Part shown: in pieces, positions 40,101 to 55,112 of the stretch
Layout of the letters: the number at the start of each line of letters is the position of its first letter
Position numbering within the stretch: position 1 is the first letter of the stretch
Assembly (NCBI GenBank): GCA_964016885.1
Contig: OZ024751.1
Span: 41,788,001 to 41,852,000, forward strand
DNA from: Eledone cirrhosa
Lineage: Eukaryota
Direction of reading: 5' to 3'
Length of the DNA: 64,000 nt
Translations under genes and position numbers: made by a program
The notes under the pieces: generated by a model
Seen by the model: only the letters and a program-made list of their open reading frames with translations
The model's database searches: none
What the model was told of the DNA's origin: nothing

Positions 40101-43100
40101 GGGCAGTTGGAAGACCGACCTGTGTGGTGAACAGCCATATCCTACATGAGGTGCCTCTTATAAGAATAGTTTGAACCTGGGCAGTTGGAAGACCGACCTG
40201 TGTGGTGAACAGCCATATCCTACATGAGGTGCCTCACATAAGAATAGTTTGAACCTGGGCTGTTGGAAGACCGACCTGTGTGGTGAACAGCCATATCCTA
40301 CATGAGGTGCCTCTTATAAGAATAGTTTGAACCTGGGCTGTTGAAAGACCGACCTGTGTGGTGAACAGCCATATCCTACATGAGGTGCCTCTTATAAGAA
40401 TAGTTTGAACCTGGGCTGTTGGAAGACCGACCTGTGTGGTGAACAGCCATATCCTACATGAGGTGCCTCACATAAGAATAGTTTGAACCTGGGCTGTTGG
40501 AAGACCGACCTGTGTGGTGAACAGCCATATCCTACATGAGGTGCCTCTTATAAGAATAGTTTGAACCTGGGCTGTTGAAAGACCGACCTGTGTGGTGAAC
40601 AGCCATATCCTACATGAGGTGCCTCTTATAAGAATAGTTTGAACCTGGGCTGTTGGAAGACCGACCTGTGTGGTGAACAGCCATATCCTACATGAGGTGC
40701 CTCACATAAGAATAGTTTGAACCTGGGCAGTTGGAAGACCGACCTGTGTGGTGAACAGCCATATCCTACATGAGGTGCCTCTTATAAGAATAGTTTGAAC
40801 CTGGGCTGTTGGAAGACCAACCTGTGTGGTGAACAGCCATATCCTACATGAGGTGCCTCACATAAGAATAGTTTGAACCTGGGCAGTTGGAAGACCGACC
40901 TGTGTGGTGAACAGCCATATCCTACATGAGGTGCCTCACATAAGAATAGTTTGAACCTGGGCAGTTGGAAGACCGACCTGTGTGGTGAACAGCCATATCC
41001 TACATGAGGTGCCTCTTATAAGAATAGTTTGAACCTGGGCTGTTGGAAGACCGACCTGTGTGGTGAACAGCCATATCCTACATGAGGTGCCTCTTATAAG
41101 AATAGTTTGAACCTGGGCTGTTGGAAGACCGACCTGTGTGGTGAACAGCCATATCCTACATGAGGTGCCTCTTATAAGAATAGTTTGAACCTGGGCTATT
41201 GGAAGACCGACCTGTGTGGTGAACAGCCATATCCTACATGAGGTGCCTCTCATAAGAATAGTTTGAACCTGGGCTGTTGGAAGACCGACCTGTGTGGTGA
41301 ACAGCCATATCCTACATGAGGTGCCTCTTATAAGAATAGTTTGAACCTGGGCTGTTGGAAGACCGACCTGTGTGGTGAACAGCCATATCCTACATGAGGT
41401 GCCTCTTATAAGAATAGTTTGAACCTGGGCTGTTGGAAGACCGACCTGTGTGGTGAACAGCCATATCCTACATGAGGTGCCTCTTATAAGAATAGTTTGA
41501 ACCTGGGCTGTTGGAAGACCGACCTGTGTGGTGAACAGCCATATCCTACATGAGGTGCCTCTCATAAGAATAGTTTGAACCTGGGCTGTTGGAAGACCGA
41601 CCTGTGTGGTGAACAGCCATATCCTACATGAGGTGCCTCTTATAAGAATAGTTTGAACCTGGGCTGTTGGAAGACCGACCTGTGTGGTGAACAGCCATAT
41701 CCTACATGAGGTGCCTCTTATAAGAATAGTTTGAACCTGGGCTGTTGGAAGACCGACCTGTGTGGTGAACAGCCATATCCTACATGAGGTGCCTCTCATA
41801 AGAATAGTTTGAACCTGGGCTGTTGGAAGACCGACCTGTGTGGTGAACAGCCATATCCTACATGAGGTGCCTCTCATAAGAATAGTTTGAACCTGGGCTG
41901 TTGGAAGACCGACCTGTGTGGTGAACAGCCATATCCTACATGAGGTACCTCTTATAAGAATAGTTTGAACCTGGGCTGTTGGAAGACCGACCTGTGTGGT
42001 GAACAGCCATATCCTACATGAGGTGCCTCTTATAAGAATAGTTTGAACCTGGGCTGTTGGAAGACCAACCTGTGTGGTGAACAGCCATATCCTACATGAG
42101 GTGCCTCTCATAAGAATAGTTTGAACCTGGGCTGTTGGAAGACCGACCTGTGTGGTGAACAGCCATATCCTACATGAGGTGCCTCTTATAAGAATAGTTT
42201 GAACCTGGGCTGTTGGAAGACCGACCTGTGTGGTGAACAGCCATATCCTACATGAGGTGCCTCTTATAAGAATAGTTTGAACCTGGGCTGTTGGAAGACC
42301 GACCTGTGTGGTGAACAGCCATATCCTACATGAGGTGCCTCACATAAGAATAGTTTGAACCTGGGCAGTTGGAAGACCGACCTGTGTGGTGAACAGCCAT
42401 ATCCTACATGAGGTGCCTCACATAAGAATAGTTTGAACCTGGGCAGTTGGAAGACCGACCTGTGTGGTGAACAGCCATATCCTACATGAGGTGCCTCTTA
42501 TAAGAATAGTTTGAACCTGGGCTGTTGGAAGACCGACCTGTGTGGTGAACAGCCATATCCTACATGAGGTGCCTCTTATAAGAATAGTTTGAACCTGGGC
42601 TGTTGGAAGACCGACCTGTGTGGTGAACAGCCATATCCTACATGAGGTGCCTCTTATAAGAATAGTTTGAACCTGGGCTGTTGGAAGACCGACCTGTGTG
42701 GTGAACAGCCATATCCTACATGAGGTGCCTCTCATAAGAATAGTTTGAACCTGGGCTGTTGGAAGACCGACCTGTGTGGTGAACAGCCATATCCTACATG
42801 AGGTGCCTCTTATAAGAATAGTTTGAACCTGGGCTGTTGGAAGACCGACCTGTGTGGTGAACAGCCATATCCTACATGAGGTGCCTCTCATAAGAATAGT
42901 TTGAACCTGGGCTGTTGGAAGACCGACCTGTGTGGTGAACAGCCATATCCTACATGAGGTGCATCTTATAAGAATAGTTTGAACCTGGGCTGTTGGAAGA
43001 CCGACCTGTGTGGTGAACAGCCATATCCTACATGAGGTGCCTCTCATAAGAATAGTTTGAACCTGGGCAGTTGGAAGACCGACCTGTGTGGTGAACAGCC

Positions 43101-46100
43101 ATATCCTACATGAGGTGCCTCTCATAAGAATAGTTTGAACCTGGGCAGTTGGAAGACCGACCTGTGTGGTGAACAGCCATATCCTACATGAGGTGCCTCT
43201 CATAAGAATAGTTTGAACCTGGGCAGTTGGAAGACCGACCTGTGTGGTGAACAGCCATATCCTACATGAAGAGCCTCTCATAAGAATAGTTTCAACCTGG
43301 GCAGTTGGAAGACCGACCTGTGTGGTGAACAGCCATATCCTACATGAGGTGCTTCTTATAAGAATAGTTTGAACCTGGGCTGTTGGAAGACCGACCTGTG
43401 TGGTGAACAGCCATATCCTACATGAGGTGCCTCACATAAGAATAGTTTGAACCTGGGCAGTTGGAAGACCGACCTGTGTGGTGAACAGCCATATCCTACA
43501 TGAGGTGCCTCACATAAGAATAGTTTGAACCTGGGCAGTTGGAAGACCGACCTGTGTGGTGAACAGCCATATCCTACATGAGGTGCCTCACATAAGAATA
43601 GTTTGAACCTGGGCTGTTGGAAGACCGACCTGTGTGGTGAACAGCCATATCCTACATGAGGTGCCTCTTATAAGAATAGTTTGAACCTGGGCAGTTGGAA
43701 GACCGACCTGTGTGGTGAACAGCCATATCCTACATGAGGTGCCTCACATAAGAATAGTTTGAACCTGGGCAGTTGGAAGACCGACCTGTGTGGTGAACAG
43801 CCATATCCTACATGAGGTGCCTCTTATAAGAATAGTTTGAACCTGGGCTGTTGGAAGACCGACCTGTGTGGTGAACAGCCATATCCTACATGAGGTGCCT
43901 CTTATAAGAATAGTTTGAACCTGGGCTGTTGGAAGACCGACCTGTGTGGTGAACAGCCATATCCTACATGAGGTGCCTCTTATAAGAATAGTTTGAACCT
44001 GGGCTGTTGGAAGACCGACCTGTGTGGTGAACAGCCATATCCTACATGAGGTGCCTCTTATAAGAATAGTTTGAACCTGGGCTGTTGGAAGACCGACCTG
44101 TGTGGTGAACAGCCATATCCTACATGAGGTGCCTCTCATAAGAATAGTTTGAACCTGGGCTGTTGGAAGACCGACCTGTGTGGTGAACAGCCATATCCTA
44201 CATGAGGTGCCTCTTATAAGAATAGTTTGAACCTGGGCTGTTGGAAGACCGACCTGTGTGGTGAACAGCCATATCCTACATGAGGTGCCTCTCATAAGAA
44301 TAATTTGAACCTGGGCAGTTGGAAGACCGACCTGTGTGGTGAACAGCCATATCCTACATGAGGTGCCTCTCATAAGAATAGTTTGAACCTGGGCAGTTGG
44401 AAGACCGACCTGTGTGGTGAACAGCCATATCCTACATGAGGTGCCTCTCATAAGAATAGTTTGAACCTGGGCAGTTGGAAGACCGACCTGTGTGGTGAAC
44501 AGCCATATCCTACATGAAGAGCCTCTCATAAGAATAGTTTCAACCTGGGCAGTTGGAAGACCGACCTGTGTGGTGAACAGCCATATCCTACATGAGGTGC
44601 CTCTTATAAGAATAGTTTGAACCTGGGCTGTTGGAAGACCGACCTGTGTGGTAAACAGCCATATCCTACATGAGGTGCCTCTCATAAGAATAGTTTGAAC
44701 CTGGGCAGTTGGAAGACCGACCTGTGTGGTGAACAGCCATATCCTACATGAGGTGCCTCTCATAAGAATAGTTTGAACCTGGGCAGTTGGAAGACCGACC
44801 TGTGTGGTGAACAGCCAGATCCTACATGAGGTGCCTCTCATAAGAATAGTTTGAACCTGGGCAGTTGGAAGACCGACCTGTGTGGTGAACAGCCATATCC
44901 TACATGAGGTGCCTCACATAAGAATAGTTTGAACCTGGGCTGTTGGAAGACCGACCTGTGTGGTGAACAGCCATATCCTACATGAGGTGCCTCTTATAAG
45001 AATAGTTTGAACCTGGGCTGTTGGAAGACCGACCTGTGTGGTGAACAGCCATATCCTACATGAGGTGCCTCTTATAAGAATAGTTTGAACCTGGGCTGTT
45101 GGAAGACCGACCTGTGTGGTGAACAGCCATATCCTACATGAGGTGCCTCTCATAAGAATAGTTTGAACCTGGGCAGTTGGAAGACCGACCTGTGTGGTGA
45201 ACAGCCATATCCTACATGAAGAGCCTCTCATAAGAATAGTTTGAACCTGGGCTGTTGGAAGACCGACCTGTGTGGTGAACAGCCATATCCTACATGAGGT
45301 GCCTCTTATAAGAATAGTTTGAACCTGGGCTGTTGGAAGACCGACCTGTGTGGTGAACAGCCATATCCTACATGAGGTGCCTCACATAAGAATAGTTTGA
45401 ACCTGGGCTGTTGGAAGACCGACCTGTGTGGTGAACAGCCATATCCTACATGAGGTGCCTCTTATAAGAATAGTTTGAACCTGGGCTGTTGGAAGACCGA
45501 CCTGTGTGGTGAACAGCCATATCCTACATGAGGTGCCTCTTATAAGAATAGTTTGAACCTGGGCTGTTGGAAGACCGACCTGTGTGGTGAACAGCCATAT
45601 CCTACATGAGGTGCCTCTTATAAGAATAGTTTGAACCTGGGCTGTTGGAAGACCGACCTGTGTGGTGAACAGCCATATCCTACATGAGGTGCCTCTCATA
45701 AGAATAGTTTGAACCTGGGCTGTTGGAAGACCGACCTGTGTGGTGAACAGCCATATCCTACATGAGGTGCCTCTTATAAGAATAGTTTGAACCTGGGCTG
45801 TTGGAAGACCGACCTGTGTGGTGAACAGCCATATCCTACATGAGGTGCCTCTCATAAGAATAGTTTGAACCTGGGCAGTTGGAAGACCGACCTGTGTGGT
45901 GAACAGCCATATCCTACATGAGGTGCCTCTCATAAGAATAGTTTGAACCTGGGCAGTTGGAAGACCGACCTGTGTGGTGAACAGCCATATCCTACATGAG
46001 GTGCCTCTCATAAGAATAGTTTGAACCTGGGCAGTTGGAAGACCGACCTGTGTGGTTAACAGCCATATCCTACATGAAGAGCCTCTCATAAGAATAGTTT

Positions 46101-49100
46101 CAACCTGGGCAGTTGGAAGACCGACCTGTGTGGTGAACAGCCATATCCTACATGAGGTGCTTCTTATAAGAATAGTTTGAACCTGGGCAGTTGGAAGACC
46201 GACCTGTGTGGTGAACAGCCATATCCTACATGAGGTGCCTCTCATAAGAATAGTTTGAACCTGGGCAGTTGGAAGACCGACCTGTGTGGTGAACAGCCAT
46301 ATCCTACATGAGGTGCCTCTCATAAGAATAGTTTGAACCTGGGCAGTTGGAAGACCGACCTGTGTGGTGAACAGCCATATCCTACATGAAGAGCCTCTCA
46401 TAAGAATAGTTTCAACCTGGGCAGTTGGAAGACCGACCTGTGTGGTGAACAGCCATATCCTACATGAGGTGCCTCTTATAAGAATAGTTTGAACCTGGGC
46501 TGTTGGAAGACCGACCTGTGTGGTGAACAGCCATATCCTACATGAGGTGCCTCTCATAAGAATAGTTTGAACCTGGGCAGTTGGAAGACCGACCTGTGTG
46601 GTGAACAGCCATATCCTACATGAGGTGCCTCTCATAAGAATAGTTTGAACCTGGGCAGTTGGAAGACCGACCTGTGTGGTGAACAGCCATATCCTACATG
46701 AGGTGCCTCTCATAAGAATAGTTTGAACCTGGGCAGTTGGAAGACCGACCTGTGTGGTGAACAGCCATATCCTACATGAAGAGCCTCTCATAAGAATAGT
46801 TTCAACCTGGGCAGTTGGAAGACCGACCTGTGTGGTGAACAGCCATATCCTACATGAGGTGCTTCTTATAAGAATAGTTTGAACCTGGGCTGTTGGAAGA
46901 CCGACCTGTGTGGTGAACAGCCATATCCTACATGAGGTGCCTCACATAAGAATAGTTTGAACCTGGGCAGTTGGAAGACCGACCTGTGTGGTGAACAGCC
47001 ATATCCTACATGAGGTGCCTCACATAAGAATAGTTTGAACCTGGGCAGTTGGAAGACCGACCTGTGTGGTGAACAGCCATATCCTACATGAGGTGCCTCA
47101 CATAAGAATAGTTTGAACCTGGGCTGTTGGAAGACCGACCTGTGTGGTGAACAGCCATATCCTACATGAGGTACCTCTTATAAGAATAGTTTGAACCTGG
47201 GCTGTTGGAAGACCGACCTGTGTGGTGAACAGCCATATCCTACATGAGGTGCCTCTTATAAGAATAGTTTGAACCTGGGCTGTTGGAAGACCGACCTGTG
47301 TGGTGAACAGCCATATCCTACATGAGGTGCCTCTTATAAGAATAGTTTGAACCTGGGCTGTTGGAAGACGGACCTGTGTGGTGAACAGCCATATCCTACA
47401 TGAGGTGCCACTCATAAGAATAGTTTGAACCTGGGCAGTTGGAAGACCGACCTGTGTGGTGAACAGCCATATCCTACATGAGGTGCCTCTCATAAGAATA
47501 GTTTGAACCTGGGCAGTTGGAAGACCGACCTGTGTGGTGAACAGCCATATCCTACATGAAGAGCCTCTCATAAGAATAGTTTCAACCTGGGCAGTTGGAA
47601 GACCGACCTGTGTGGTGAACAGCCATATCCTACATGAGGTGCCTCTTATAAGAATAGTTTGAACCTGGGCTGTTGGAAGACCGACCTGTGTGGTGAACAG
47701 CCATATCCTACATGAGGTGCCTCTCATAAGAATAGTTTGAACCTGGGCAGTTGGAAGACCGACCTGTGTGGTGAACAGCCATATCCTACATGAGGTGCCT
47801 CTCATAAGAATAGTTTGAACCTGGGCAGTTGGAAGACCGACCTGTGTGGTGAACAGCCATATCCTACATGAGGTGCCTCTCATAAGAATAGTTTGAACCT
47901 GGGCAGTTGGAAGACCGACCTGTGTGGTGAACAGCCATATCCTACATGAAGAGCCTCTCATAAGAATAGTTTCAACCTGGGCAGTTGGAAGACCGACCTG
48001 TGTGGTGAACAGCCATATCCTACATGAGGTGCTTCTTATAAGAATAGTTTGAACCTGGGCTGTTGGAAGACCGACCTGTGTGGTGAACAGCCATATCCTA
48101 CATGAGGTGCCTCACATAAGAATAGTTTGAACCTGGGCAGTTGGAAGACCGACCTGTGTGGTGAACAGCCATATCCTACATGAGGTGCCTCACATAAGAA
48201 TAGTTTGAACCTGGGCAGTTGGAAGACCGACCTGTGTGGTGAACAGCCATATCCTACATGAGGTGCCTCACATAAGAATAGTTTGAACCTGGGCTGTTGG
48301 AAGACCGACCTGTGTGGTGAACAGCCATATCCTACATGAGGTACCTCTTATAAGAATAGTTTGAACCTGGGCTGTTGGAAGACCGACCTGTGTGGTGAAC
48401 AGCCATATCCTACATGAGGTGCCTCTTATAAGAATAGTTTGAACCTGGGCTGTTGGAAGACCGACCTGTGTGGTGAACAGCCATATCCTACATGAGGTGC
48501 CTCTTATAAGAATAGTTTGAACCTGGGCTGTTGGAAGACGGACCTGTGTGGTGAACAGCCATATCCTACATGAGGTGCCTCTTATAAGAATAGTTTGAAC
48601 CTGGGCTGTTGGAAGACCGACCTGTGTGGTGAACAGCCATATCCTACATGAGGTGCCTCTCATAAGAATAGTTTGAACCTGGGCTGTTGGAAGACCGACC
48701 TGTGTGGTGAACAGCCATATCCTACATGAGGTGCCTCTTATAAGAATAGTTTGAACCTGGGCTGTTGGAAGACCGACCTGTGTGGTGAACAGCCATATCC
48801 TACATGAGGTGCCTCTCATAAGAATAGTTTGAACCTGGGCTGTTGGAAGACCGACCTGTGTGGTGAACAGCCATATCCTACATGAGGTGCCTCTTATAAG
48901 AATAGTTTGAACCTGGGCTGTTGGAAGACCGACCTGTGTGGTGAACAGCCATATCCTACATGAGGTGCCTCTTATAAGAATAGTTTGAACCTGGGCAGTT
49001 GGAAGACCGACCTGTGTGGTGAACAGCCATATCCTACATGAGGTGCCTCACATAAGAATAGTTTGAACCTGGGCAGTTGGAAGACCGACCTGTGTGGTGA

Positions 49101-52100
49101 ACAGCCATATCCTACATGAGGTGCCTCACATAAGAATAGTTTGAACCTGGGCTGTTGGAAGACCGACCTGTGTGGTGAACAGCCATATCCTACATGAGGT
49201 GCCTCTTATAAGAATAGTTTGAACCTGGGCTGTTGGAAGACCGACCTGTGTGGTGAACAGCCATATCCTACATGAGGTGCCTCTTATAAGAATAGTTTGA
49301 ACCTGGGCAGTTGGAAGACCGACCTGTGTGGTGAACAGCCATATCCTACATGAGGTGCCTCACATAAGAATAGTTTGAACCTGGGCAGTTGGAAGACCGA
49401 CCTGTGTGGTGAACAGCCATATCCTACATGAGGTGCCTCACATAAGAATAGTTTGAACCTGGGCTGTTGGAAGACCGACCTGTGTGGTGAACAGCCATAT
49501 CCTACATGAGGTGCCTCTTATAAGAATAGTTTGAACCTGGGCTGTTGGAAGACCGACCTGTGTGGTGAACAGCCATATCCTACATGAGGTGCCTCTTATA
49601 AGAATAGTTTGAACCTGGGCTGTTGGAAGACCGACCTGTGTGGTGAACAGCCATATCCTACATGAGGTGCCTCTTATAAGAATAGTTTGAACCTGGGCTG
49701 TTGGAAGACGGACCTGTGTGGTGAACAGCCAGATCCTACATGAGGTGCCTCTTATAAGAATAGTTTGAACCTGGGCTGTTGGAAGACCGACCTGTGTGGT
49801 GAACAGCCATATCCTACATGAGGTGCCTCTTATAAGAATAGTTTGAACCTGGGCTGTTGGAAGACCGACCTGTGTGGTGAACAGCCATATCCTACATGAG
49901 GTGCCTCTCATAAGAATAGTTTGAACCTGGGCTGTTGGAAGACCGACCTGTGTGGTGAACAGCCATATCCTACATGAGGTGCCTCTTATAAGAATAGTTT
50001 GAACCTGGGCTGTTGGAAGACCGACCTGTGTGGTGAACAGCCATATCCTACATGAGGTGCCTCTCATAAGAATAGTTTGAACCTGGGCTGTTGGAAGACC
50101 GACCTGTGTGGTGAACAGCCATATCCTACATGAGGTGCCTCTTATAAGAATAGTTTGAACCTGGGCTGTTGGAAGACCGACCTGTGTGGTGAACAGCCAT
50201 ATCCTACATGAGGTGCCTCTCATAAGAATAGTTTGAACCTGGGCAGTTGGAAGACCGACCTGTGTGGTGAACAGCCATATCCTACATGAGGTGCCTCTCA
50301 TAAGAATAGTTTGAACCTGGGCAGTTGGAAGACCGACCTGTGTGGTGAACAGCCATATCCTACATGAGGTGCCTCTCATAAGAATAGTTTGAACCTGGGC
50401 AGTTGGAAGACCGACCTGTGTGGTGAACAGCCATATCCTACATGAAGAGCCTCTCATAAGAATAGTTTCAACGTGGGCAGTTGGAAGACCGACCTGTGTG
50501 GTGAACAGCCATATCCTACATGAGGTGCTTCTTATAAGAATAGTTTGAACCTGGGCTGTTGGAAGACCGACCTGTGTGGTGAACAGCCATATCCTACATG
50601 AGGTGCCTCTCATAAGAATAGTTTCAACCTGGGCAGTTGGAAGACCGACCTGTGTGGTGAACAGCCATATCCTACATGAGGTGCCTCTTATAAGAATAGT
50701 TTGAACCTGGGCTGTTGGAAGACCGACCTGTGTGGTGAACAGCCATATCCTACATGAGGTGCCTCTTATAAGAATAGTTTGAACCTGGGCTTTTGGAAGA
50801 CCGACCTGTGTGGTGAACAGCCATATCCTACATGAGGTGCCTCACATAAGAATAGTTTGAACCTGGGCAGTTGGAAGACCGACCTGTGTGGTGAACAGCC
50901 ATATCCTACATGAGGTGCCTCTTATAAGAATAGTTTGAACCTGGGCAGTTGGAAGACCGACCTGTGTGGTGAACAGCCATATCCTACATGAGGTGCCTCA
51001 CATAAGAATAGTTTGAACCTGGGCTGTTGGAAGACCGACCTGTGTGGTGAACAGCCATATCCTACATGAGGTGCCTCACATAAGAATAGTTTGAACCTGG
51101 GCTGTTGGAAGACCGACCTGTGTGGTGAACAGCCATATCCTACATGAGGTGCCTCTTATAAGAATAGTTTGAACCTGGGCTTTTGGAAGACCGACCTGTG
51201 TGGTGAACAGCCATATCCTACATGAGGTGCCTCACATAAGAATAGTTTGAACCTGGGCAGTTGGAAGACCGACCTGTGTGGTGAACAGCCATATCCTACA
51301 TGAGGTGCCTCTTATAAGAATAGTTTGAACCTGGGCAGTTGGAAGACCGACCTGTGTGGTGAACAGCCATATCCTACATGAGGTGCCTCTTATAAGAATA
51401 GTTTGAACCTGGGCAGTTGGAAGACCGACCTGTGTGGTGAACAGCCATATCCTACATGAGGTGCCTCACATAAGAATAGTTTGAACCTGGGCAGTTGGAA
51501 GACCGACCTGTGTGGTGAACAGCCATATCCTACATGAGGTGCCTCACATAAGAATAGTTTGAACCTGGGCTGTTGGAAGACCGACCTGTGTGGTGAACAG
51601 CCATATCCTACATGAGGTGCCTCTTATAAGAATAGTTTGAACCTGGGCTGTTGGAAGACCGACCTGTGTGGTGAACAGCCATATCCTACATGAGGTGCCT
51701 CTTATAAGAATAGTTTGAACCTGGGCTGTTGGAAGACCGACCTGTGTGGTGAACAGCCATATCCTACATGAGGTGCCTCTTATAAGAATAGTTTGAACCT
51801 GGGCTGTTGGAAGACCGACCTGTGTGGTGAACAGCCATATCCTACATGAGGTGCCTCTTATAAGAATAGTTTGAACCTGGGCTGTTGGAAGACCGACCTG
51901 TGTGGTGAACAGCCATATCCTACATGAGGTGCCTCTCATAAGAATAGTTTGAACCTGGGCTGTTGGAAGACCGACCTGTGTGGTGAACAGCCATATCCTA
52001 CATGAGGTGCCTCTTATAAGAATAGTTTGAACCTGGGCTGTTGGAAGACCGACCTGTGTGGTGAACAGCCATATCCTACATGAGGTGCCTCTCATAAGAA

Positions 52101-54918
52101 TAGTTTGAACCTGGGCTGTTGGAAGACCGACCTGTGTGGTGAACAGCCATATCCTACATGAGGTGCCTCTTATAAGAATAGTTTGAACCTGGGCTGTTGG
52201 AAGACCGACCTGTGTGGTGAACAGCCATATCCTACATGAGGTGCCTCTCATAAGAATAGTTTGAACCTGGGCAGTTGGAAGACCGACCTGTGTGGTGAAC
52301 AGCCATATCCTACATGAGGTGCCTCTCATAAGAATAGTTTGAACCTGGGCAGTTGGAAGACCGACCTGTGTGGTGAACAGCCATATCCTACATGAGGTGC
52401 CTCTCATAAGAATAGTTTGAACCTGGGCAGTTGGAAGACCGACCTGTGTGGTGAACAGCCATATCCTACATGAAGAGCCTCTCATAAGAATAGTTTCAAC
52501 CTGGGCAGTTGGAAGACCGACCTGTGTGGTGAACAGCCATATCCTACATGAGGTGCTTCTTATAAGAATAGTTTGAACCTGGGCTGTTGGAAGACCGACC
52601 TGTGTGGTGAACAGCCATATCCTACATGAGGTGCCTCTCATAAGAATAGTTTCAACCTGGGCAGTTGGAAGACCGACCTGTGTGGTGAACAGCCATATCC
52701 TACATGAGGTGCCTCTTATAAGAATAGTTTGAACCTGGGCTGTTGGAAGACCGACCTGTGTGGTGAACAGCCATATCCTACATGAGGTGCCTCTTATAAG
52801 AATAGTTTGAACCTGGGCTTTTGGAAGACCGACCTGTGTGGTGAACAGCCATATCCTACATGAGGTGCCTCACATAAGAATAGTTTGAACCTGGGCAGTT
52901 GGAAGACCGACCTGTGTGGTGAACAGCCATATCCTACATGAGGTGCCTCTTATAAGAATAGTTTGAACCTGGGCAGTTGGAAGACCGACCTGTGTGGTGA
53001 ACAGCCATATCCTACATGAGGTGCCTCACATAAGAATAGTTTGAACCTGGGCTGTTGGAAGACCGACCTGTGTGGTGAACAGCCATATCCTACATGAGGT
53101 GCCTCACATAAGAATAGTTTGAACCTGGGCTGTTGGAAGACCGACCTGTGTGGTGAACAGCCATATCCTACATGAGGTGCCTCTTATAAGAATAGTTTGA
53201 ACCTGGGCTTTTGGAAGACCGACCTGTGTGGTGAACAGCCATATCCTACATGAGGTGCCTCACATAAGAATAGTTTGAACCTGGGCAGTTGGAAGACCGA
53301 CCTGTGTGGTGAACAGCCATATCCTACATGAGGTGCCTCTTATAAGAATAGTTTGAACCTGGGCAGTTGGAAGACCGACCTGTGTGGTGAACAGCCATAT
53401 CCTACATGAGGTGCCTCACATAAGAATAGTTTGAACCTGGGCTGTTGGAAGACCGACCTGTGTGGTGAACAGCCATATCCTACATGAGGTGCCTCACATA
53501 AGAATAGTTTGAACCTGGGCTGTTGGAAGACCGACCTGTGTGGTGAACAGCCATATCCTACATGAGGTGCCTCTTATAAGAATAGTTTGAACCTGGGCTT
53601 TTGGAAGACCGACCTGTGTGGTGAACAGCCATATCCTACATGAGGTGCCTCTTATAAGAATAGTTTGAACCTGGGCAGTTGGAAGACCGACCTGTGTGGT
53701 GAACAGCCATATCCTACATGAGAAGCCTCTCATAAGAATAGTTTGAACCTGGGCTGTTGGAAGACCGACCTGTGTGGTGAACAGCCATATCCTACATGAG
53801 GTGCCTCTCATAAGAATAGTTTGAACCTGGGCTGTTGGAAGACCGACCTGTGTGGTGAACAGCCATATCCTACATGAGGTGCCTCTTATAAGAATAGTTT
53901 GAACCTGGGCTTTTGGAAGACCGACCTGTGTGGTGAACAGCCATATCCTACATGAGGTGCCTCTTATAAGAATAGTTTGAACCTGGGCAGTTGGAAGACC
54001 GACCTGTGTGGTGAACAGCCATATCCTACATGAGAAGCCTCTCATAAGAATAGTTTGAACCTGGGCTGTTGGAAGACCGACCTGTGTGGTGAACAGCCAT
54101 ATCCTACATGAGGTGCCTCTCATAAGAATAGTTTGAACCTGGGCTGTTGGAAGACCGACCTGTGTGGTGAACAGCCATATCCTACATGAGGTGCCTCTTA
54201 TAAGAATAGTTTGAACCTGGGCTTTTGGAAGACCGACCTGTGTGGTGAACAGCCATATCCTACATGAGAAGCCTCTCATAAGAATAGTTTGAACCTGGGC
54301 TTTTGGAAGACCGACCTGTGTGGTGAACAGCCATATCCTACATGAGGTGCCTCACATAAGAATAGTTTAAACCTGGGCAGTTGGAAGACCGACCTGTGTG
54401 GTGAACAGCCATATCCTACATGAGGTGCCTCTCATAAGAATAGTTTGAACCTGGGCTGTTGGAAGACCGACCTGTGTGGTGAACAGCCATATCCTACATG
54501 AGGTGCCTCTCATAAGAATAGTTTGAACCTGGGCTGTTGGAAGACCGACCTGTGTGGTGAACAGCCATATCCTACATGAGGTGCCTCACATAAGAATAGT
54601 TTGAACCTGGGCTTTTGGAAGACCGACCTGTGTGGTGAACAGCCATATCCTACATGAAGAGCCTCTCATAAGAATAGTTTGAACCTGGGCTTTTGGAAGA
54701 CCGACCTGTGTGGTGAACAGCCATATCCTACATGAGGTGCCTCTCATAAGAATAGTTTGAACCTGGGCAGTTGAAAGACCGACCTGTGTGGTGAACAGCC
54801 ATATCCTACATGAGGAGCCTCTCATAAGAATAGTTTGAACCTGGGCAGTTGAAAGACCGACCTGTGTGGTGAACAGCCATATCCTACACGAGGTGCCTCT
54901 TATAAGAATAGTTTCAAC
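34173..54918. repeat. 78-bp satellite, 266 copies (20.7 kb)
   Basis: Unit GGGCWGTTGGAAGACCGACCTGTGTGGTGAACAGCCATATCCTACATGAGGTGCCTCWYATAAGAATAGTTTGAACCT. First GGG at 34173, last at 54843; difference 20670 = 265 x 78. Confidence 0.99.
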
Positions 54919-55112
54919 ATCATGAAGCTCCGTTCTGTGCTGCCAATGTTTATTTCTAACTCTTCAAATTATTTTTCCGATGAAATATCGTCGTTCAATC
55001 TTCTGGGAGATAAACATCGAAGATAAGTATTCCATCTAAATCTTTGAAACCGATAAATCTGATATTTTTGTCGAGATTTGGGAATATTGTTTTATTGTCA
55101 GTAATTTAGAAC

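Noticed and set aside
34173-54918. CRISPR-like array or repeat-protein gene
   Set aside because: Units are contiguous with no unique spacers and no cas genes, in a eukaryotic context. The ORFs follow from a unit length divisible by 3 and are repeatedly broken by TGA.
34173-54918. Hammerhead within the 78-bp unit
   Set aside because: No CTGANGA on either strand of the unit.
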